Assembly (NCBI GenBank): GCA_943350765.1
Contig: CALRAJ010000001.1
Coordinates: forward strand, 191,066 to 255,065
Source: Candidatus Tayloriibacteriota bacterium
GTDB lineage: Bacteria; Patescibacteriota; Minisyncoccia; Phycocordibacterales; PALSA-1337
DNA: 64,000 bases
Direction: 5' to 3'
The notes below the pieces were generated by a model. It did not search any database and was not told where the DNA came from. It saw nothing but the letters and a program-made list of their open reading frames with translations. A program made the translations under genes and the position numbers. Shown one piece after another: positions 1 through 10,140 of this stretch. Every line of letters begins with the position of its first letter. Positions within the stretch are counted from its first letter, which is position 1.

Positions 1-590
1 GATCTTGAAAACTCCACCTCAATATCGGCAGGCTTTATCTCTATCACAGACTTCTTTCTTATGGGTAAAATCGCGACCGATGCAGTCGAAGTATGCACCC
101 GACCCATCTTTTCGGTAGCAGGTATTCTCTGCACTCGATGCACCCCAGTCTCGTATCTTAAAAGTCTGTACACATCTTGACCTCTGATTTCAAAAACCGC
201 TTCCTTGTATCCACCAGCACTACCAAAAGATTCTTCTATAACTTTAAAAGCCCAGCCGAGATTTTCTGAATACCTTCGATACATGGTAGCTAATTCTTCT
301 GCAAAAAGTGCAGCTTCTTCACCTCCCGCTCCAGCTCTGACCTCGAGAATGATTTCGTTTGGTAGCTCGCTGACCACCGCCTCTTCGGAAGACACAATTT
401 CCTCCATTTGCTTTACAAGTGCTTGTTTTTGCTCATCAATAGACTTTATTTCAACTTCTGCAAGTGCCAAAAGTCCAGGATCTCCTGCTGACATAGTTTT
501 TAGCTCTGTCTGCTCGCGAGTAAGCTTCTCATACATTTCGGCGAGATAGCTAGTCTTGTGATTTTCTTTGTATTGGGTAATATCTACCAT
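1..590 (-). CDS. prfA: Peptide chain release factor 1 (N-terminal part; the 3' end of the gene runs off the window start)
   Basis: Reverse-strand translation from the ATG at 590-588 reads MVDITQYKENHK...ILEVRAGAGGEEAALFA...GGYKEAVFEIRG...GVHRVQRIPATEKMGRVHTSTASVAILP, matching the RF1 domains. It is absent from the ORF track because no stop falls inside the window. Confidence 0.85.
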   Translation of the reverse strand, partial: MVDITQYKENHKTSYLAEMYEKLTREQTELKTMSAGDPGLLALAEVEIKSIDEQKQALVKQMEEIVSSEEAVVSELPNEIILEVRAGAGGEEAALFAEELATMYRRYSENLGWAFKVIEESFGSAGGYKEAVFEIRGQDVYRLLRYETGVHRVQRIPATEKMGRVHTSTASVAILPIRKKSVIEIKPADIEVEFSR

Positions 591-597
591 AAAAATG

Positions 598-640
598 CAG
601 TGTAAAAACATAAACCCGAACCGCTCGCGGTTCGGGTTTA
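598..640 (-). terminator. Rho-independent terminator downstream of rpmE
   Basis: GC hairpin AAACCCGAACCG-CTCG-CGGTTCGGGTTT (612-639) followed on the minus strand by ATGTTTTTACA. It sits between the rpmE stop and the prfA start. Confidence 0.5.
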
Positions 641-650
641 TGTTAAGTAT

Positions 651-881
651 TTATTTTGCCTTTACTTCTTTCTTTGGAGCTTTTGAGGCAGCTCGAGTCT
701 TGAATCTTTCTACTCGTCCAGCTGTGTCGAGTGACTTTTCGTTACCAGTATAGAATGGGTGGCATACACTACAGATTTCCACCGCGATACTTTCTCGAGT
801 AGAGCCAAAAGTAAAAACATGACCACACGCACAAGTGGTAGTTGCCTTTGGGAAATATGCTGGATGTGTATCTTTTTTCAT
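651..881 (-). CDS. rpmE: 50S ribosomal protein L31
   Basis: [11 protein letters not shown]...CACGHVF...[10 protein letters not shown]...GRVERFKTR shows the L31 zinc-ribbon motifs. The start was chosen at the internal ATG (879-881) that gives the canonical MKKD N-terminus. Confidence 0.85.
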   Translation of the reverse strand: MKKDTHPAYFPKATTTCACGHVFTFGSTRESIAVEICSVCHPFYTGNEKSLDTAGRVERFKTRAASKAPKKEVKAK

Positions 882-1098
882 ACAAAGTAGTGTAACAGAC
901 ATAGGAATAAAAGACAAGTAAAAGGATCGGGTTATATAAAATTTGACTAAAAGTGGTGTCGTGGGCTTTCCCCGAAAATCGCAGTAGCAATTTTCGGGGA
1001 TTACACAGTTTTACTTAAAATAGCCCTGGGTATAGGCTCAGTTTGGCGGAAAGGCTCAACGATGTACCGTTGAGCCTTTAAGGCAATTCTAGCCAAAA

Positions 1099-2499
1099 TT
1101 AGCCTCCCAAAATATCAATCTGCTTTTGATACTTATCTGCTAATGCCATCACATCATCACCATAAAATGCATACTCTCGTTTACTAGCATTTGCTGGGCC
1201 AGCTAGGTAGCGAAGGGCAGCTAAACGCTCCGCTGAACGAGTACCCGCAGCTGCACCATTTTCTTTCATCAAAAGAGCTGACGCCATAAACGCATCTTTT
1301 GGTTCCCACGGATTTGAGGGGCTATTTTTACCCAAGAGAGAACGCACCTTGTCCTTGTCGGCATTATATTCCCATGGTCCGACCCAAGATTTGTCAGCAT
1401 TTTGCGTACACTTGCCCGTTGTGGAATTGATATACCCACCATAACAAATCCATGTAGATGGAATAAACTGGGCCGGACCCATTGCTCCTCCCCAGCCATA
1501 CCATGGCTTTTTTGATACAGGTACTGTATCAGGATTTAAACCAATAAACTCCATCATTGCCTTAAAAATAGGTACATCTCGAGTGGGGTGCATATCTACT
1601 TTCCAATTCCCAGTTCCCACATTTTGTCCCAGATTACTTTCTTCGGCAATAATACCGAGAATAAGTGCTGGTCTCACACCTGTCTTTTGTGATGCACCGT
1701 TTGCATAATCAAGTGCTTTTGCAAAAGATATAGCACTCGAACCCTGAAGTGAGAAAAGCTCACTCCTGATAGCTGCGGCTGACTTCTGAGATTCTTTCAA
1801 AATTGCCTGATAATTTTTCTCAATGCCCCGAGAAGTACTCAGGATTTTCTTTTTCTCAGCCTCATCCTGCTCAACCTTCTTCTTTTCTAAGAGTTGAATA
1901 GTACGCAATCCCAGTTCATCTTCTTTTTTTACCTCAAGTGATTCTTTTTGTGTATTAGTTTCTGCTTTTGTGATTTCGAGGTCATCAAAAGACTGCTTTA
2001 GTGAAGTGTTTATGGAAGCAAATGCATCTATATCCTCAAAAAACTGTGAGAGTGGCTTGTTAGACAAAAATATCTCGACCATAGAAGCATCCTCAATTTG
2101 TGCTGTTTTTCGCATAAGCTGGGCGACTATTTTTTTCTCTCTATCTATCTTTTCGGATAAATTAGATATAACTACTTTTTTAGTACCGATATCCCCAGAA
2201 AGCTTTTCAATGGCAATGTCTCGAGCCTTGATACTGAGTTTTGCCTTGGCAATATTTGCATTCAATATCGCAATATCTCTTTCAAGACTGACGCTTTTGC
2301 CCTGCTGGTCTTTTAGAATTGTTTCTTGGATAGCTATAGCTGATTCGATATCAGTCAGCTGTTTTTGTAATTGGGTACGACGATTTGCCACATCTGAGCC
2401 ACCGACTGCCTGAGCAGAAATACTGGATATGGGTAGCACAAAAACAACACCGACTAGTACTAATAAAAAATATCCAACTCGGGTAAATCTCATAGACAC
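1099..2499 (-). CDS. Secreted coiled-coil protein with a C-terminal lytic-transglycosylase-like (MltB / family 3-like) domain
   Basis: N-terminal signal/TM segment (FLLVLVGVVFVLPISSISAQA), a long charged coiled-coil region, and a C-terminal LILGIIAEESNLGQNVGTGNW motif resembling the catalytic E-S motif of MltB-type lytic transglycosylases. Confidence 0.5.
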   Translation of the reverse strand: MSMRFTRVGYFLLVLVGVVFVLPISSISAQAVGGSDVANRRTQLQKQLTDIESAIAIQETILKDQQGKSVSLERDIAILNANIAKAKLSIKARDIAIEKLSGDIGTKKVVISNLSEKIDREKKIVAQLMRKTAQIEDASMVEIFLSNKPLSQFFEDIDAFASINTSLKQSFDDLEITKAETNTQKESLEVKKEDELGLRTIQLLEKKKVEQDEAEKKKILSTSRGIEKNYQAILKESQKSAAAIRSELFSLQGSSAISFAKALDYANGASQKTGVRPALILGIIAEESNLGQNVGTGNWKVDMHPTRDVPIFKAMMEFIGLNPDTVPVSKKPWYGWGGAMGPAQFIPSTWICYGGYINSTTGKCTQNADKSWVGPWEYNADKDKVRSLLGKNSPSNPWEPKDAFMASALLMKENGAAAGTRSAERLAALRYLAGPANASKREYAFYGDDVMALADKYQKQIDILGG

Positions 2500-2611
2500 T
2501 AGTATACCATTTTTGAGGAAAAATAACCAAAGGAAAACACCCGACCTAGTACAGTTGGGTGTTTTCCTTTCTCAAACCTAATATATTATGTCTATTGTCC
2601 TATGCACACTA

Positions 2612-3310
2612 CTACTTCTTTGCTGGCTTTGCATCTCCCGCAGGAGTTTCTGCCTTTCCACCCACCCCTTCTTCTGCACCCTCTTTGCCCTCCTTTGCTT
2701 CCTTACCCTTCTTTGCCACCTCGATCGCAGACATATCCACTGCCGCCACTTCCTCTACCACCTCTTCCTTTGGCTCATACACAGAAACCACCACTTCATC
2801 AGCGTTTGTAATCAGAGTTACTCCAGCGGGCATTTTAATATCCTTTGCGAGTACCACACTTGAAAATGTTGCGAGAAATGAAATATCTACAGCAATAGTA
2901 TGCGGTAAATCCTTTGGAGAAGCCTCGACGCGTAGCTCTCGAAGTACCTTTACGAGGTTACCGCCAAGCTCTTTGACCGCAGGAGCGTTACCAACAAAGT
3001 CAATCGGTACATTGACCTGTATCATTTGACCCTTTTCAAATACATAAAAATCAGCATGTCGAGCAGTACCTTTTACTGGGTGAACATCTACATCATAGAT
3101 AAGTGAGTCCAGCTCGACACCCTCACCTTGTAGTGTGACCACAGACGACTCACCCGCTTTTCGCCAAACTTTAATAAAATCAGAAAAAGCCACCTTGATC
3201 GGAGTAGACTTTTCTTTCTTGCCATAGTAGATAGCAGGAATCATACCGCCATCGCGTAATGCCTCGAGGTTTTCCTTTAAATCTCGCTTGTGTATATTCA
3301 ATGTAATCAT
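2612..3310 (-). CDS. rplY: 50S ribosomal protein L25 / general stress protein Ctc, long form with an acidic and lysine-rich C-terminal tail
   Basis: MITLNIHKRDLKENLEALRDGGMIPAIYYGKKEKSTPIKV... is the typical L25/Ctc N-terminus and fold. Length is 232 aa with an EEVV/KEGKE tail. Confidence 0.8.
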   Translation of the reverse strand: MITLNIHKRDLKENLEALRDGGMIPAIYYGKKEKSTPIKVAFSDFIKVWRKAGESSVVTLQGEGVELDSLIYDVDVHPVKGTARHADFYVFEKGQMIQVNVPIDFVGNAPAVKELGGNLVKVLRELRVEASPKDLPHTIAVDISFLATFSSVVLAKDIKMPAGVTLITNADEVVVSVYEPKEEVVEEVAAVDMSAIEVAKKGKEAKEGKEGAEEGVGGKAETPAGDAKPAKK

Positions 3311-3382
3311 GAGATAGTAGTATATACTGCCTTAGAAAAAAAATCAAACTTTTTAAAACTACCCGGACTTGTCTAGCTCACT

Positions 3383-3724
3383 CTACGCCGCTTCAGCATG
3401 CTCTTGATTTCCTCCGTAGTCGTTTTTGTATAGCCAATATTCCATCTGCTCTAGTGCAGGCACTGGGTCAGATTGATAAAGTACCAATATCTCAGGGTGC
3501 TCTACTAAAACCCTGCGGTACCCAGCTGAAAATTTATGATTATTATGCATCACCCAATCATACAAACAATCATTTAAATCTTCTTTTGTAATTTCCTTAC
3601 CATACTTTCCATAATATCTAAGTGCTAAATCACGCTGAAAATACGCATGCACCGTATTTATCTCACGAGACTTTACCTTTTCAATTGGGATTTCCTCGAT
3701 ATTACTCATACAGATAGTATACAC
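3383..3724 (-). CDS. Hypothetical protein
   Basis: 113-aa ORF with ordinary composition and no recognisable motif. The true start may be the internal M at MSNIEE. Confidence 0.35.
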   Translation of the reverse strand: MYTICMSNIEEIPIEKVKSREINTVHAYFQRDLALRYYGKYGKEITKEDLNDCLYDWVMHNNHKFSAGYRRVLVEHPEILVLYQSDPVPALEQMEYWLYKNDYGGNQEHAEAA

Positions 3725-3791
3725 CTATGGCAAAACAATTGAAAATTAGTCAAAATTGGTTTTCGCAAAAAACAGTTCTTGCAAAACTCAC

Positions 3792-4760
3792 CTACACCAC
3801 ACTATTCTGCGGTACCCCACCCTCGAGAGTTTGGATAATATTAGTGGTTGAAAGCAACGCCATCTCATGCCGTGCTTCAGCCGTACCCGAGGCAATATGT
3901 GGAGTAAGCACGACATTTGGCAGTTTAGCGAGACCTTTGGCAAGCTTTGGCTCAAATTCAAACACATCGAGACCCGCACCAGCAATCACGCCGTTTTTCA
4001 GAGCCAGCACCAAAGAATTTTCATCTACCACCTGCCCACGAGAAGTGTTTACTAGATAGGCAGTCTTTTTCATCATCGCAAGTCGCTCGGCATTTATCAA
4101 ATGTTGTGTCGAAGGCAGTAGTGGCACATGTATCGAGATCACATCAGCGACTTTTAAAACTTCCTCGACAGTAGGATAAAAAACTGCACCAAAGCTCTTC
4201 TCTAGCTCATCATTTCTCTTTACATCATAGTACACCAGCTTCATACCAAAACCATTGACCGCTCGATGAGCCACATCGGCTCCTATCCGACCTGTGCCAA
4301 TAATCCCCAATATCTTGCCAGCAAGCTTTGTCCCATGGAAAATCATCGGGTCCCAACCTTTAAACTTTCCTTTTCTCATATATTCATCCGCCTCTACCAC
4401 TCGACAAGAAAGTGCGAGGACTAGTGCCAGAGTATGCTCTGCCACACGGTCAGCTCCTCCACCAGGAGTATTAGTCACATAGATACCTCGCTTTTTTGCC
4501 TCCACAATATCAATGTTATTAAAACCAATAGCAAAGTTGGCATAAATCTTTGCCGTCGTACAGGCATCAAATACCTTTGCGTCCACCTGATCAGTCAAAA
4601 GTGTCAGCACCGCATCATAAGGTTTTTTTGAAATGGCTTTGATCAGTTCCTTCTGCGTCAATGGTCTATTTTTTTTATTTATATCGACTTCATACCCTTT
4701 ATCAGTAAGCATTTTCACACCAACCTCAGGAATCTGCCTAGTTATGTATATTTTTTTCAT
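3792..4760 (-). CDS. D-isomer-specific 2-hydroxyacid dehydrogenase (glycerate dehydrogenase / hydroxypyruvate reductase-like)
   Basis: GIIGTGRIG NAD-binding motif and catalytic region ...VNTSRG...DV.E.EP...LPNVVLTPHIASGT. Length 322 aa. Confidence 0.85.
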   Translation of the reverse strand: MKKIYITRQIPEVGVKMLTDKGYEVDINKKNRPLTQKELIKAISKKPYDAVLTLLTDQVDAKVFDACTTAKIYANFAIGFNNIDIVEAKKRGIYVTNTPGGGADRVAEHTLALVLALSCRVVEADEYMRKGKFKGWDPMIFHGTKLAGKILGIIGTGRIGADVAHRAVNGFGMKLVYYDVKRNDELEKSFGAVFYPTVEEVLKVADVISIHVPLLPSTQHLINAERLAMMKKTAYLVNTSRGQVVDENSLVLALKNGVIAGAGLDVFEFEPKLAKGLAKLPNVVLTPHIASGTAEARHEMALLSTTNIIQTLEGGVPQNSVV

Positions 4761-4864
4761 TTAATTATTATATCATGGAGAATTATTTTTAAAATCAACT
4801 TTTACTTTTTATATACACATATACAAAATCTATGGATGAAAATCCATTTCAGGTATTGACAAGT

Positions 4865-4893
4865 ATACCATATTATGGATAATAGAAACCTGA
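4865..4893 (+). promoter_or_regulatory. Candidate sigma70-type promoter (TTGACA - 16/17 nt - GATAAT/ATAATA)
   Basis: TTGACA at 4865-4870 and an AT-rich -10 about 17 nt downstream, roughly 50 nt upstream of the 4941 ORF. Confidence 0.3.
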
Positions 4894-4940
4894 ATCCGTT
4901 CGTCAAAATCAACCTGTCCTAAATAGGAAACTCTGTTCTT

Positions 4941-5300
4941 ATGCTAAATATCTACACCATGACTCTTCAGACGATACACCCCTCACTAAACAAGTATCGC
5001 CAGCTTGAATTATCAGTCTATGATGATTATCCACCACTTGTCGTTGGTCAGCATACCAAACTTCCACACACCTCAGGCGGACATGCGCGCACTGCGTACA
5101 TTGTACGTGTTCGCGAGGTCCTTCGCGAGGCTATTCTTGGAACTCATAAAATGATCCAAGTTAGCCTACACTCAAACGCATTTGCATTGGTTGATGTGAT
5201 TTGTGATGAGGATGATGTTGTCGGTAAGCAGTGGCAGGTAATATCCAAAAAAGAATTCGCATTTCACTTTCTGAGTCCAAATGAGGCGACGATTGAATAA
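4941..5300 (+). CDS. Hypothetical protein
   Basis: 119-aa ORF followed by a clear intrinsic terminator. No recognisable motif. Confidence 0.35.
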   Translation: MLNIYTMTLQTIHPSLNKYRQLELSVYDDYPPLVVGQHTKLPHTSGGHARTAYIVRVREVLREAILGTHKMIQVSLHSNAFALVDVICDEDDVVGKQWQVISKKEFAFHFLSPNEATIE

Positions 5301-5326
5301 GAAAAGGCTCTAGTATCTTGCACCCA

Positions 5327-5357
5327 TCGCCCATAGGAAACTATGGGCTTTTTATTT
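5327..5357 (+). terminator. Rho-independent terminator
   Basis: GCCCATAG-GAAA-CTATGGGC followed by TTTTTATTT. Confidence 0.6.
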
Positions 5358-5552
5358 AATTACCCCAAATAACCCTGCGGCGTACTCGTCGCGGGTACAA
5401 TCATACCTATATCAAAACCACACCCAAATGCTCAAATATTTAAACGGCTAAACACTAGTGTTTAGCCGTTTAATCTGGCTCTGTAGAGCCATTTAGACTT
5501 TTTACCGAAAACTATCATTTTTAAGTAAAAAACTATGATAATTCACTGTTTC

Positions 5553-6434
5553 CTACCCTAGAAAACTAAACACTCTCATCTTTTCCTCCACCACTTGCGA
5601 TACTGCGTCTCTAGAAGGAGCGAGATATTTGTATGGAGCGACTTCTTTTGGATTGGCAGAGAGTGTCGTGTCCAGAGTACTTCGATATGCCACTCGAAGC
5701 TCAGTATTTACATGCACAATAGCCACACCAGCTTTGATTGCCGACTGAATATCCGCATCAGTATTACCAGATGCACCATGAAGTACGAGTGGTACGCCAG
5801 TCGCCTCTGACACCTCTGCCACTCGAGAGATATTGAGTGCGGGATCCTTCCATTTTGCAAGCATGCCGTGAATATTTCCCACGGCAGGTGCTAGCATATC
5901 TACACCAGTCTCATCGACATATCGCTTGGCTTGCTCTGCTGTGGTCAGGTATTCGTCAGATAGATTGATCCCCTCTGGCACAGCATCGAGTACCTTTGAA
6001 GATTTGCCGATATAGCCCAGCTCTGCCTCGACGAGTACTCGCTCACCAAAAAGTGGCTTCTGACTTTTTGCATACTCTACACACTGCTTTGCCACTCTAA
6101 TATTTTCCTCAAACGATAGCTCCGTGCCGTCAAAGATGACCATATCGAAACCGAGGTCGATAGCCTCTTTTACTCGCTCAAAAGAATAGGTATGGTCAGC
6201 GTTTATAAAAATCGGGAAATCGTACTGAGTACGCAAGCTTTTGACTAGAGCTACCGCTTGCTTTGCACCTATAAAATCTCGCTCGCCTTCAGAAACACCG
6301 ATAATGACAGGTAATTTTAATTTCCTTGCCGAATTAAACACCCCCCACAATCCCACTGTGTCGGAGATATTAAAATGACCAATAGCTGTCTTTTTTTCCT
6401 GAGCCTCACTGATGTATTGTTTTAGTGTTTTCAT
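5553..6434 (-). CDS. fba: Class II fructose-bisphosphate aldolase
   Basis: MKTLKQYISEAQEKKTAIGHFNISD...VIIGVSEGE...HGASG...LHGASGNTD shows class II FBA/tagatose-bisphosphate aldolase motifs. The start was set at MKTLKQ rather than the upstream in-frame M. Confidence 0.85.
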   Translation of the reverse strand: MKTLKQYISEAQEKKTAIGHFNISDTVGLWGVFNSARKLKLPVIIGVSEGERDFIGAKQAVALVKSLRTQYDFPIFINADHTYSFERVKEAIDLGFDMVIFDGTELSFEENIRVAKQCVEYAKSQKPLFGERVLVEAELGYIGKSSKVLDAVPEGINLSDEYLTTAEQAKRYVDETGVDMLAPAVGNIHGMLAKWKDPALNISRVAEVSEATGVPLVLHGASGNTDADIQSAIKAGVAIVHVNTELRVAYRSTLDTTLSANPKEVAPYKYLAPSRDAVSQVVEEKMRVFSFLG

Positions 6435-6460
6435 ATATTGTATTATATCGTAGCTTGCCC

Positions 6461-6610
6461 CCAATTACGAAATACTTTTCTTGGCATATCTTTTAAAGGG
6501 TACGGATAAAAATTTACTAATTTTTTCCTGAAATCTCGGCTACCCGCCTGCGAACCCCCTTTAAAAGATACGCCTGCGACAGTATTTCGTAATTGGGGGT
6601 ACCTTAAAAT
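6461..6610. repeat. MITE-like modular repeat, family 2 copy
   Basis: Imperfect inverted terminal repeats of about 40 bp (CCCCCAATTACGAAATAC...TTTTAAAGGG / CCCTTTAAAAGATACGCC...GTATTTCGTAATTGGGGG) flank a core that recurs in inverted orientation at 14088-14212. Segments are also shared with 58021-58150 and 59070-59180. Confidence 0.6.
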
Positions 6611-6627
6611 TTTAAAACCAAACATGG

Positions 6628-7986
6628 CTACTGTGTTTCTGGCAACCCAGCTGTCCTCTGCACCACTCGGAAAATCACGGCACCCAGTACCAAAACGGCT
6701 ATACCGAGCATTATCCAGATTATCCACGGCGCGCGCTCTGAAAGTGGTATTACTGGGGGTACATACTCACCATTTACCCGTTCTGCTTCGAGATTTCCGG
6801 AAATAAATTCATCGCTTTTAAAGTTACGGTATACCTGGGCCAAGTCGTATGATGGAAATACCGCCTTTTCATTACCATAGAAAAGTTTATAGTTATGCTG
6901 TGGCTCTGCTAAAAACTTTATTACCCTAACATATCCGCGGAATTCGAGGTCGTTAATTTTTATCGGCTGACTATCCTGATTATGAATAAGTATTTTTACA
7001 TAACGAGCATTTGACTCACCAAAGGAAACTAAAGTTTTTTCGCCAGATAAATCCTTTGTCTTATACTGATATATTGCATCCCCACCTATATAGCTCCAAA
7101 CTTTTTTATCTGCACTCGAATAAACAGAAACCGATCTTTCAAAATTTCTCGAATCAGTGCTTATAGCAAACTGATCGCTTATAGCACCCATATCTCCAAA
7201 ATCAGGGGAGATTCGTGGATGATTTGTTTTACCATCATCTAGTCTAAAGTCTGCGATTATCTGAGTATCTTTACCAACCTCCACTACCTCAAAAGTAGGA
7301 AAGTAAGAAAGACGATTACCTCTCGCATACACATCTCGCCTAGCACTAGCCCCGAGTACTAGGACAGGATCGCTATCAGAATCAATAATTTTTACCATAA
7401 CATATCGGTACACTGCCTCAGGATATGACACTGTAGTATTACGCACAGGGTAGTCTCGACTATAGTCGTAGATGATTTGATTGTCTGCGAGTAATGACCA
7501 TCTTCCCATGTCATTACTACCATATATCTGAACCTTCTTTCGATAGTTTTTCTGCTCAGCATCGATATTGATATTTATCTGATTATGTCGTGCTGAGCCA
7601 CCAAAATCTACAACAAAGCTAGTGTACTCACCCGCCACAGAACCCTTGTTTAAAATCTGTGTAGTCGGTGCTGTAGTCTGTACCGTGTCACGATCTGTAA
7701 TCAAAAGGTATGGGACTTCTTTATTATCACCTGCATCTACTACTCGCAGATCGCTCAGATGAGTGGTAGAAGAAGCAAATACTTGAGGATCAAGCACCAC
7801 TTGCACAAGTGAAGTCGACTGGGCTACGGACGGTATTTTTATCTCCTTATAAGCCCGCCAATCCTTTTGAGAAAAATCGGCAGACACTGTTGAGACCACT
7901 CCAAACAGAGCAGAAATCGTAATTACCAGTATTCTAGAAAAATTTGAGAAGTGTGTGTTCATGAGATAGTTATATTTTAACTGCAT
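6628..7986 (-). CDS. Secreted or membrane-anchored protein, DUF3999-like (partner of the downstream DUF2339-like membrane protein)
   Basis: N-terminal signal peptide and a C-terminal TM helix (WIIWIMLGIAVLVLGAVIF). Its start overlaps the stop of the upstream gene (ATGA at 7986). Family assignment rests on architecture and gene pairing and is tentative. Confidence 0.4.
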   Translation of the reverse strand: MQLKYNYLMNTHFSNFSRILVITISALFGVVSTVSADFSQKDWRAYKEIKIPSVAQSTSLVQVVLDPQVFASSTTHLSDLRVVDAGDNKEVPYLLITDRDTVQTTAPTTQILNKGSVAGEYTSFVVDFGGSARHNQININIDAEQKNYRKKVQIYGSNDMGRWSLLADNQIIYDYSRDYPVRNTTVSYPEAVYRYVMVKIIDSDSDPVLVLGASARRDVYARGNRLSYFPTFEVVEVGKDTQIIADFRLDDGKTNHPRISPDFGDMGAISDQFAISTDSRNFERSVSVYSSADKKVWSYIGGDAIYQYKTKDLSGEKTLVSFGESNARYVKILIHNQDSQPIKINDLEFRGYVRVIKFLAEPQHNYKLFYGNEKAVFPSYDLAQVYRNFKSDEFISGNLEAERVNGEYVPPVIPLSERAPWIIWIMLGIAVLVLGAVIFRVVQRTAGLPETQ

Positions 7987-9893
7987 TATTTCATTACAAC
8001 TGTTTCAGTATCCGACACGGTCAAGAAACCTTTAATTCGACTCGAAAATCGGAAATAAAGGTACCCAACCACAACAAGGGCAACTCCTAGCACCATAAAT
8101 GCTGCAATACGATAAACCTGATCTAGAAGCCAAATGTCATAAAGGAATGTCTTGAGTACCGTGATCCCAAAAACCACAGTCGCACAGATACGCAACACCG
8201 AGGTTTTTGAAATAATTCCAAGTACGAGTGCTACCAGTGCGTAGGCGATAAAGAATACTGATATTGCGAGGCTAGTAGATTGGATGATATTGGCAGTTGT
8301 CGAAAGATAACGGAAACCATCAACGATTTCAAAAACACCTGCACACAAAACAAGAATATTTGCTATCGCCATAAATACTGAGGCCTTGTGTAAATCCTCC
8401 CTATCCTTTGATGACACATAGAATGCGTGGAAAACATAAGCAATAAAGACGGCGAGGATTGTCGCTATTGCAAACACGATAAATCGCTCGTTGAATATGA
8501 GGATAAAATCTGCTTTTGCAAGGTTTGTATCAAATGCAAATAGACGAAATATACCGAGAGCAAAAATAGGGATCGAGTATGAGACTATTCTCGAACGAAG
8601 CAAGAGTGCCACCCATGCGATAATAGCACTTTCCACAAACCACGAAATAGTGATCCAGAAACCATTGAACTGAATAGGGAAAACGAGAGTGAGGAATAGT
8701 ACCGCCATTCCTGCTGGCAAATAGACGAGGGCTTTTGTCTCTCTTTTTGCATACGAGCCGACGAGCGTAATGAGTGTGTAGACCGCCGTTAGAAAAAGTG
8801 GCAAAAGACCTATGTAGGCAGAGTACTCAGGGTTTAGAATAGAATAGCTTACTGACATATAGATTATTCCTGTCAGCAACATTAAAGCAAAGTCGCCATT
8901 GTTTGGCTTTTTATCATTAAAATAATAGAAGACCAATGACGAACCAGTAAATATCGCCCAAAGTAGTGTAAAGTAGGCTTCGGTCATGAATAGCTTACTC
9001 GTGTCATAATTTCCAAAAAACCACCCTCCTACGAGTAGCAAGGTACCCACCGCTGTACCCCAGACCAGCTGTTTCCAATTTTTAAAGTAAGCAAGCACAA
9101 AAAGTCCCAGATCAAGTAGTGCAACATAAGTCAGAAGTCCAATATCATTTACCACATTTGTCGAAAGTAGGACGGGTGTTAAAAAACCACCGAGAAGTGC
9201 TATACCAGCTATTGCAATAGAGTCATATCTAACCGAAAGTACGATAGAGAAAATAGTGATAATAATCATTCCAAGAAAAGCCGGTACCTGATCGATTTTA
9301 TGATAAAAACCAAAAGCACTATAGAGAGATAGGTAGAGGATCGCGATACCGCCACCCGTCAAGTAAAATGCGTACTTTGGATATTTTCTATAGAACCATT
9401 CTCCCGCACCAATAAAGCCGAGACCGATAATCAAGCCGAGAATAATACGCCCTGTCTCGCCGATGAGGTTGTTATCAAAAGAGAACTTGATGAAAAATCC
9501 AACGCCAAAAAGTATCGCGATTATACCTGCCAACATGAGCCACCTTGTATTAAAAGCAAACTCCGTAGCAGTCGCAGTAGTATTGACAGAGGTTTTTACA
9601 CTACTGTATGTAGGTGAAGCCTGAGGTATGCTTTTAGTTGGGATATTTACTGTGTCAGTCTGATAGTGATGTGTATCCTGAGATGTTTCAGTATGCGAGG
9701 TCTGGATAGGGCTACTGTTAGTAGGAGTACTTGAACCGTAAAGCTCATCTTTTGTAATAATGCCTTTCTGGATGAGAAGTGAGGCGAGACGGTAAGATAT
9801 TTGGCTAGGTTTTTCTGCAATATTCTGATGCTGATTTTTTGAAACAAAATACCATGCGACACAGATAATTATGATAATGAATATTAATTCCAT
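7986..9893 (-). CDS. Large polytopic membrane protein, DUF2339-like
   Basis: 635 aa. An S/T-rich N-terminal region is followed by more than 12 predicted TM helices. It is operonic with the signal-peptide protein at 6628-7986. Confidence 0.45.
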   Translation of the reverse strand: MELIFIIIIICVAWYFVSKNQHQNIAEKPSQISYRLASLLIQKGIITKDELYGSSTPTNSSPIQTSHTETSQDTHHYQTDTVNIPTKSIPQASPTYSSVKTSVNTTATATEFAFNTRWLMLAGIIAILFGVGFFIKFSFDNNLIGETGRIILGLIIGLGFIGAGEWFYRKYPKYAFYLTGGGIAILYLSLYSAFGFYHKIDQVPAFLGMIIITIFSIVLSVRYDSIAIAGIALLGGFLTPVLLSTNVVNDIGLLTYVALLDLGLFVLAYFKNWKQLVWGTAVGTLLLVGGWFFGNYDTSKLFMTEAYFTLLWAIFTGSSLVFYYFNDKKPNNGDFALMLLTGIIYMSVSYSILNPEYSAYIGLLPLFLTAVYTLITLVGSYAKRETKALVYLPAGMAVLFLTLVFPIQFNGFWITISWFVESAIIAWVALLLRSRIVSYSIPIFALGIFRLFAFDTNLAKADFILIFNERFIVFAIATILAVFIAYVFHAFYVSSKDREDLHKASVFMAIANILVLCAGVFEIVDGFRYLSTTANIIQSTSLAISVFFIAYALVALVLGIISKTSVLRICATVVFGITVLKTFLYDIWLLDQVYRIAAFMVLGVALVVVGYLYFRFSSRIKGFLTVSDTETVVMK

Positions 9894-10100
9894 AAATAGT
9901 ATTACTTAGCGTGATTAACGCTGGCTATTATTATTGATATGTCTATGAGTATACTGTATCTTGGGGGATTTAAGAAGTATGGCTAAAGGGTTATGAACAA
10001 TGAAAACGCCAGCAACAACCATATACGCCATTGCGTATATAAGGGAAATACATCTCAGCTATAGCTGAAATGTATTTCTTGTCTAGTGTCAAAATCAATG

Positions 10101-10134
10101 TTGCCCACGATTTTCTACTGAAAATCGTGGGCAA
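10101..10134 (-). terminator. Long hairpin (TTGCCCACGATTTTC-TACT-GAAAATCGTGGGCAA) downstream of 10311-10616; member of the TTTCTACTGAAA hairpin family
   Basis: Perfect 15-bp stem. The TTTCTACTGAAA core recurs in other hairpins in this window. Confidence 0.45.
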
Positions 10135-10140
10135 AAACCT

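Noticed and set aside
205-549. 114-aa plus-strand ORF from the track
   Set aside because: It is the antisense frame of the prfA (release factor 1) gene encoded on the minus strand (1-590). The serine- and alanine-rich composition is typical of antisense frames.
2559-3029. Three overlapping plus-strand ORFs (156, 91 and 69 aa) rich in Pro, Ser and Leu
   Set aside because: They are antisense to the well-supported rplY (L25) gene, with low-complexity composition.
6443-6727. 94-aa minus-strand ORF
   Set aside because: It lies almost entirely inside the MITE-like inverted-repeat element (6461-6610) and the fba upstream region. It is a repeat-derived spurious ORF.
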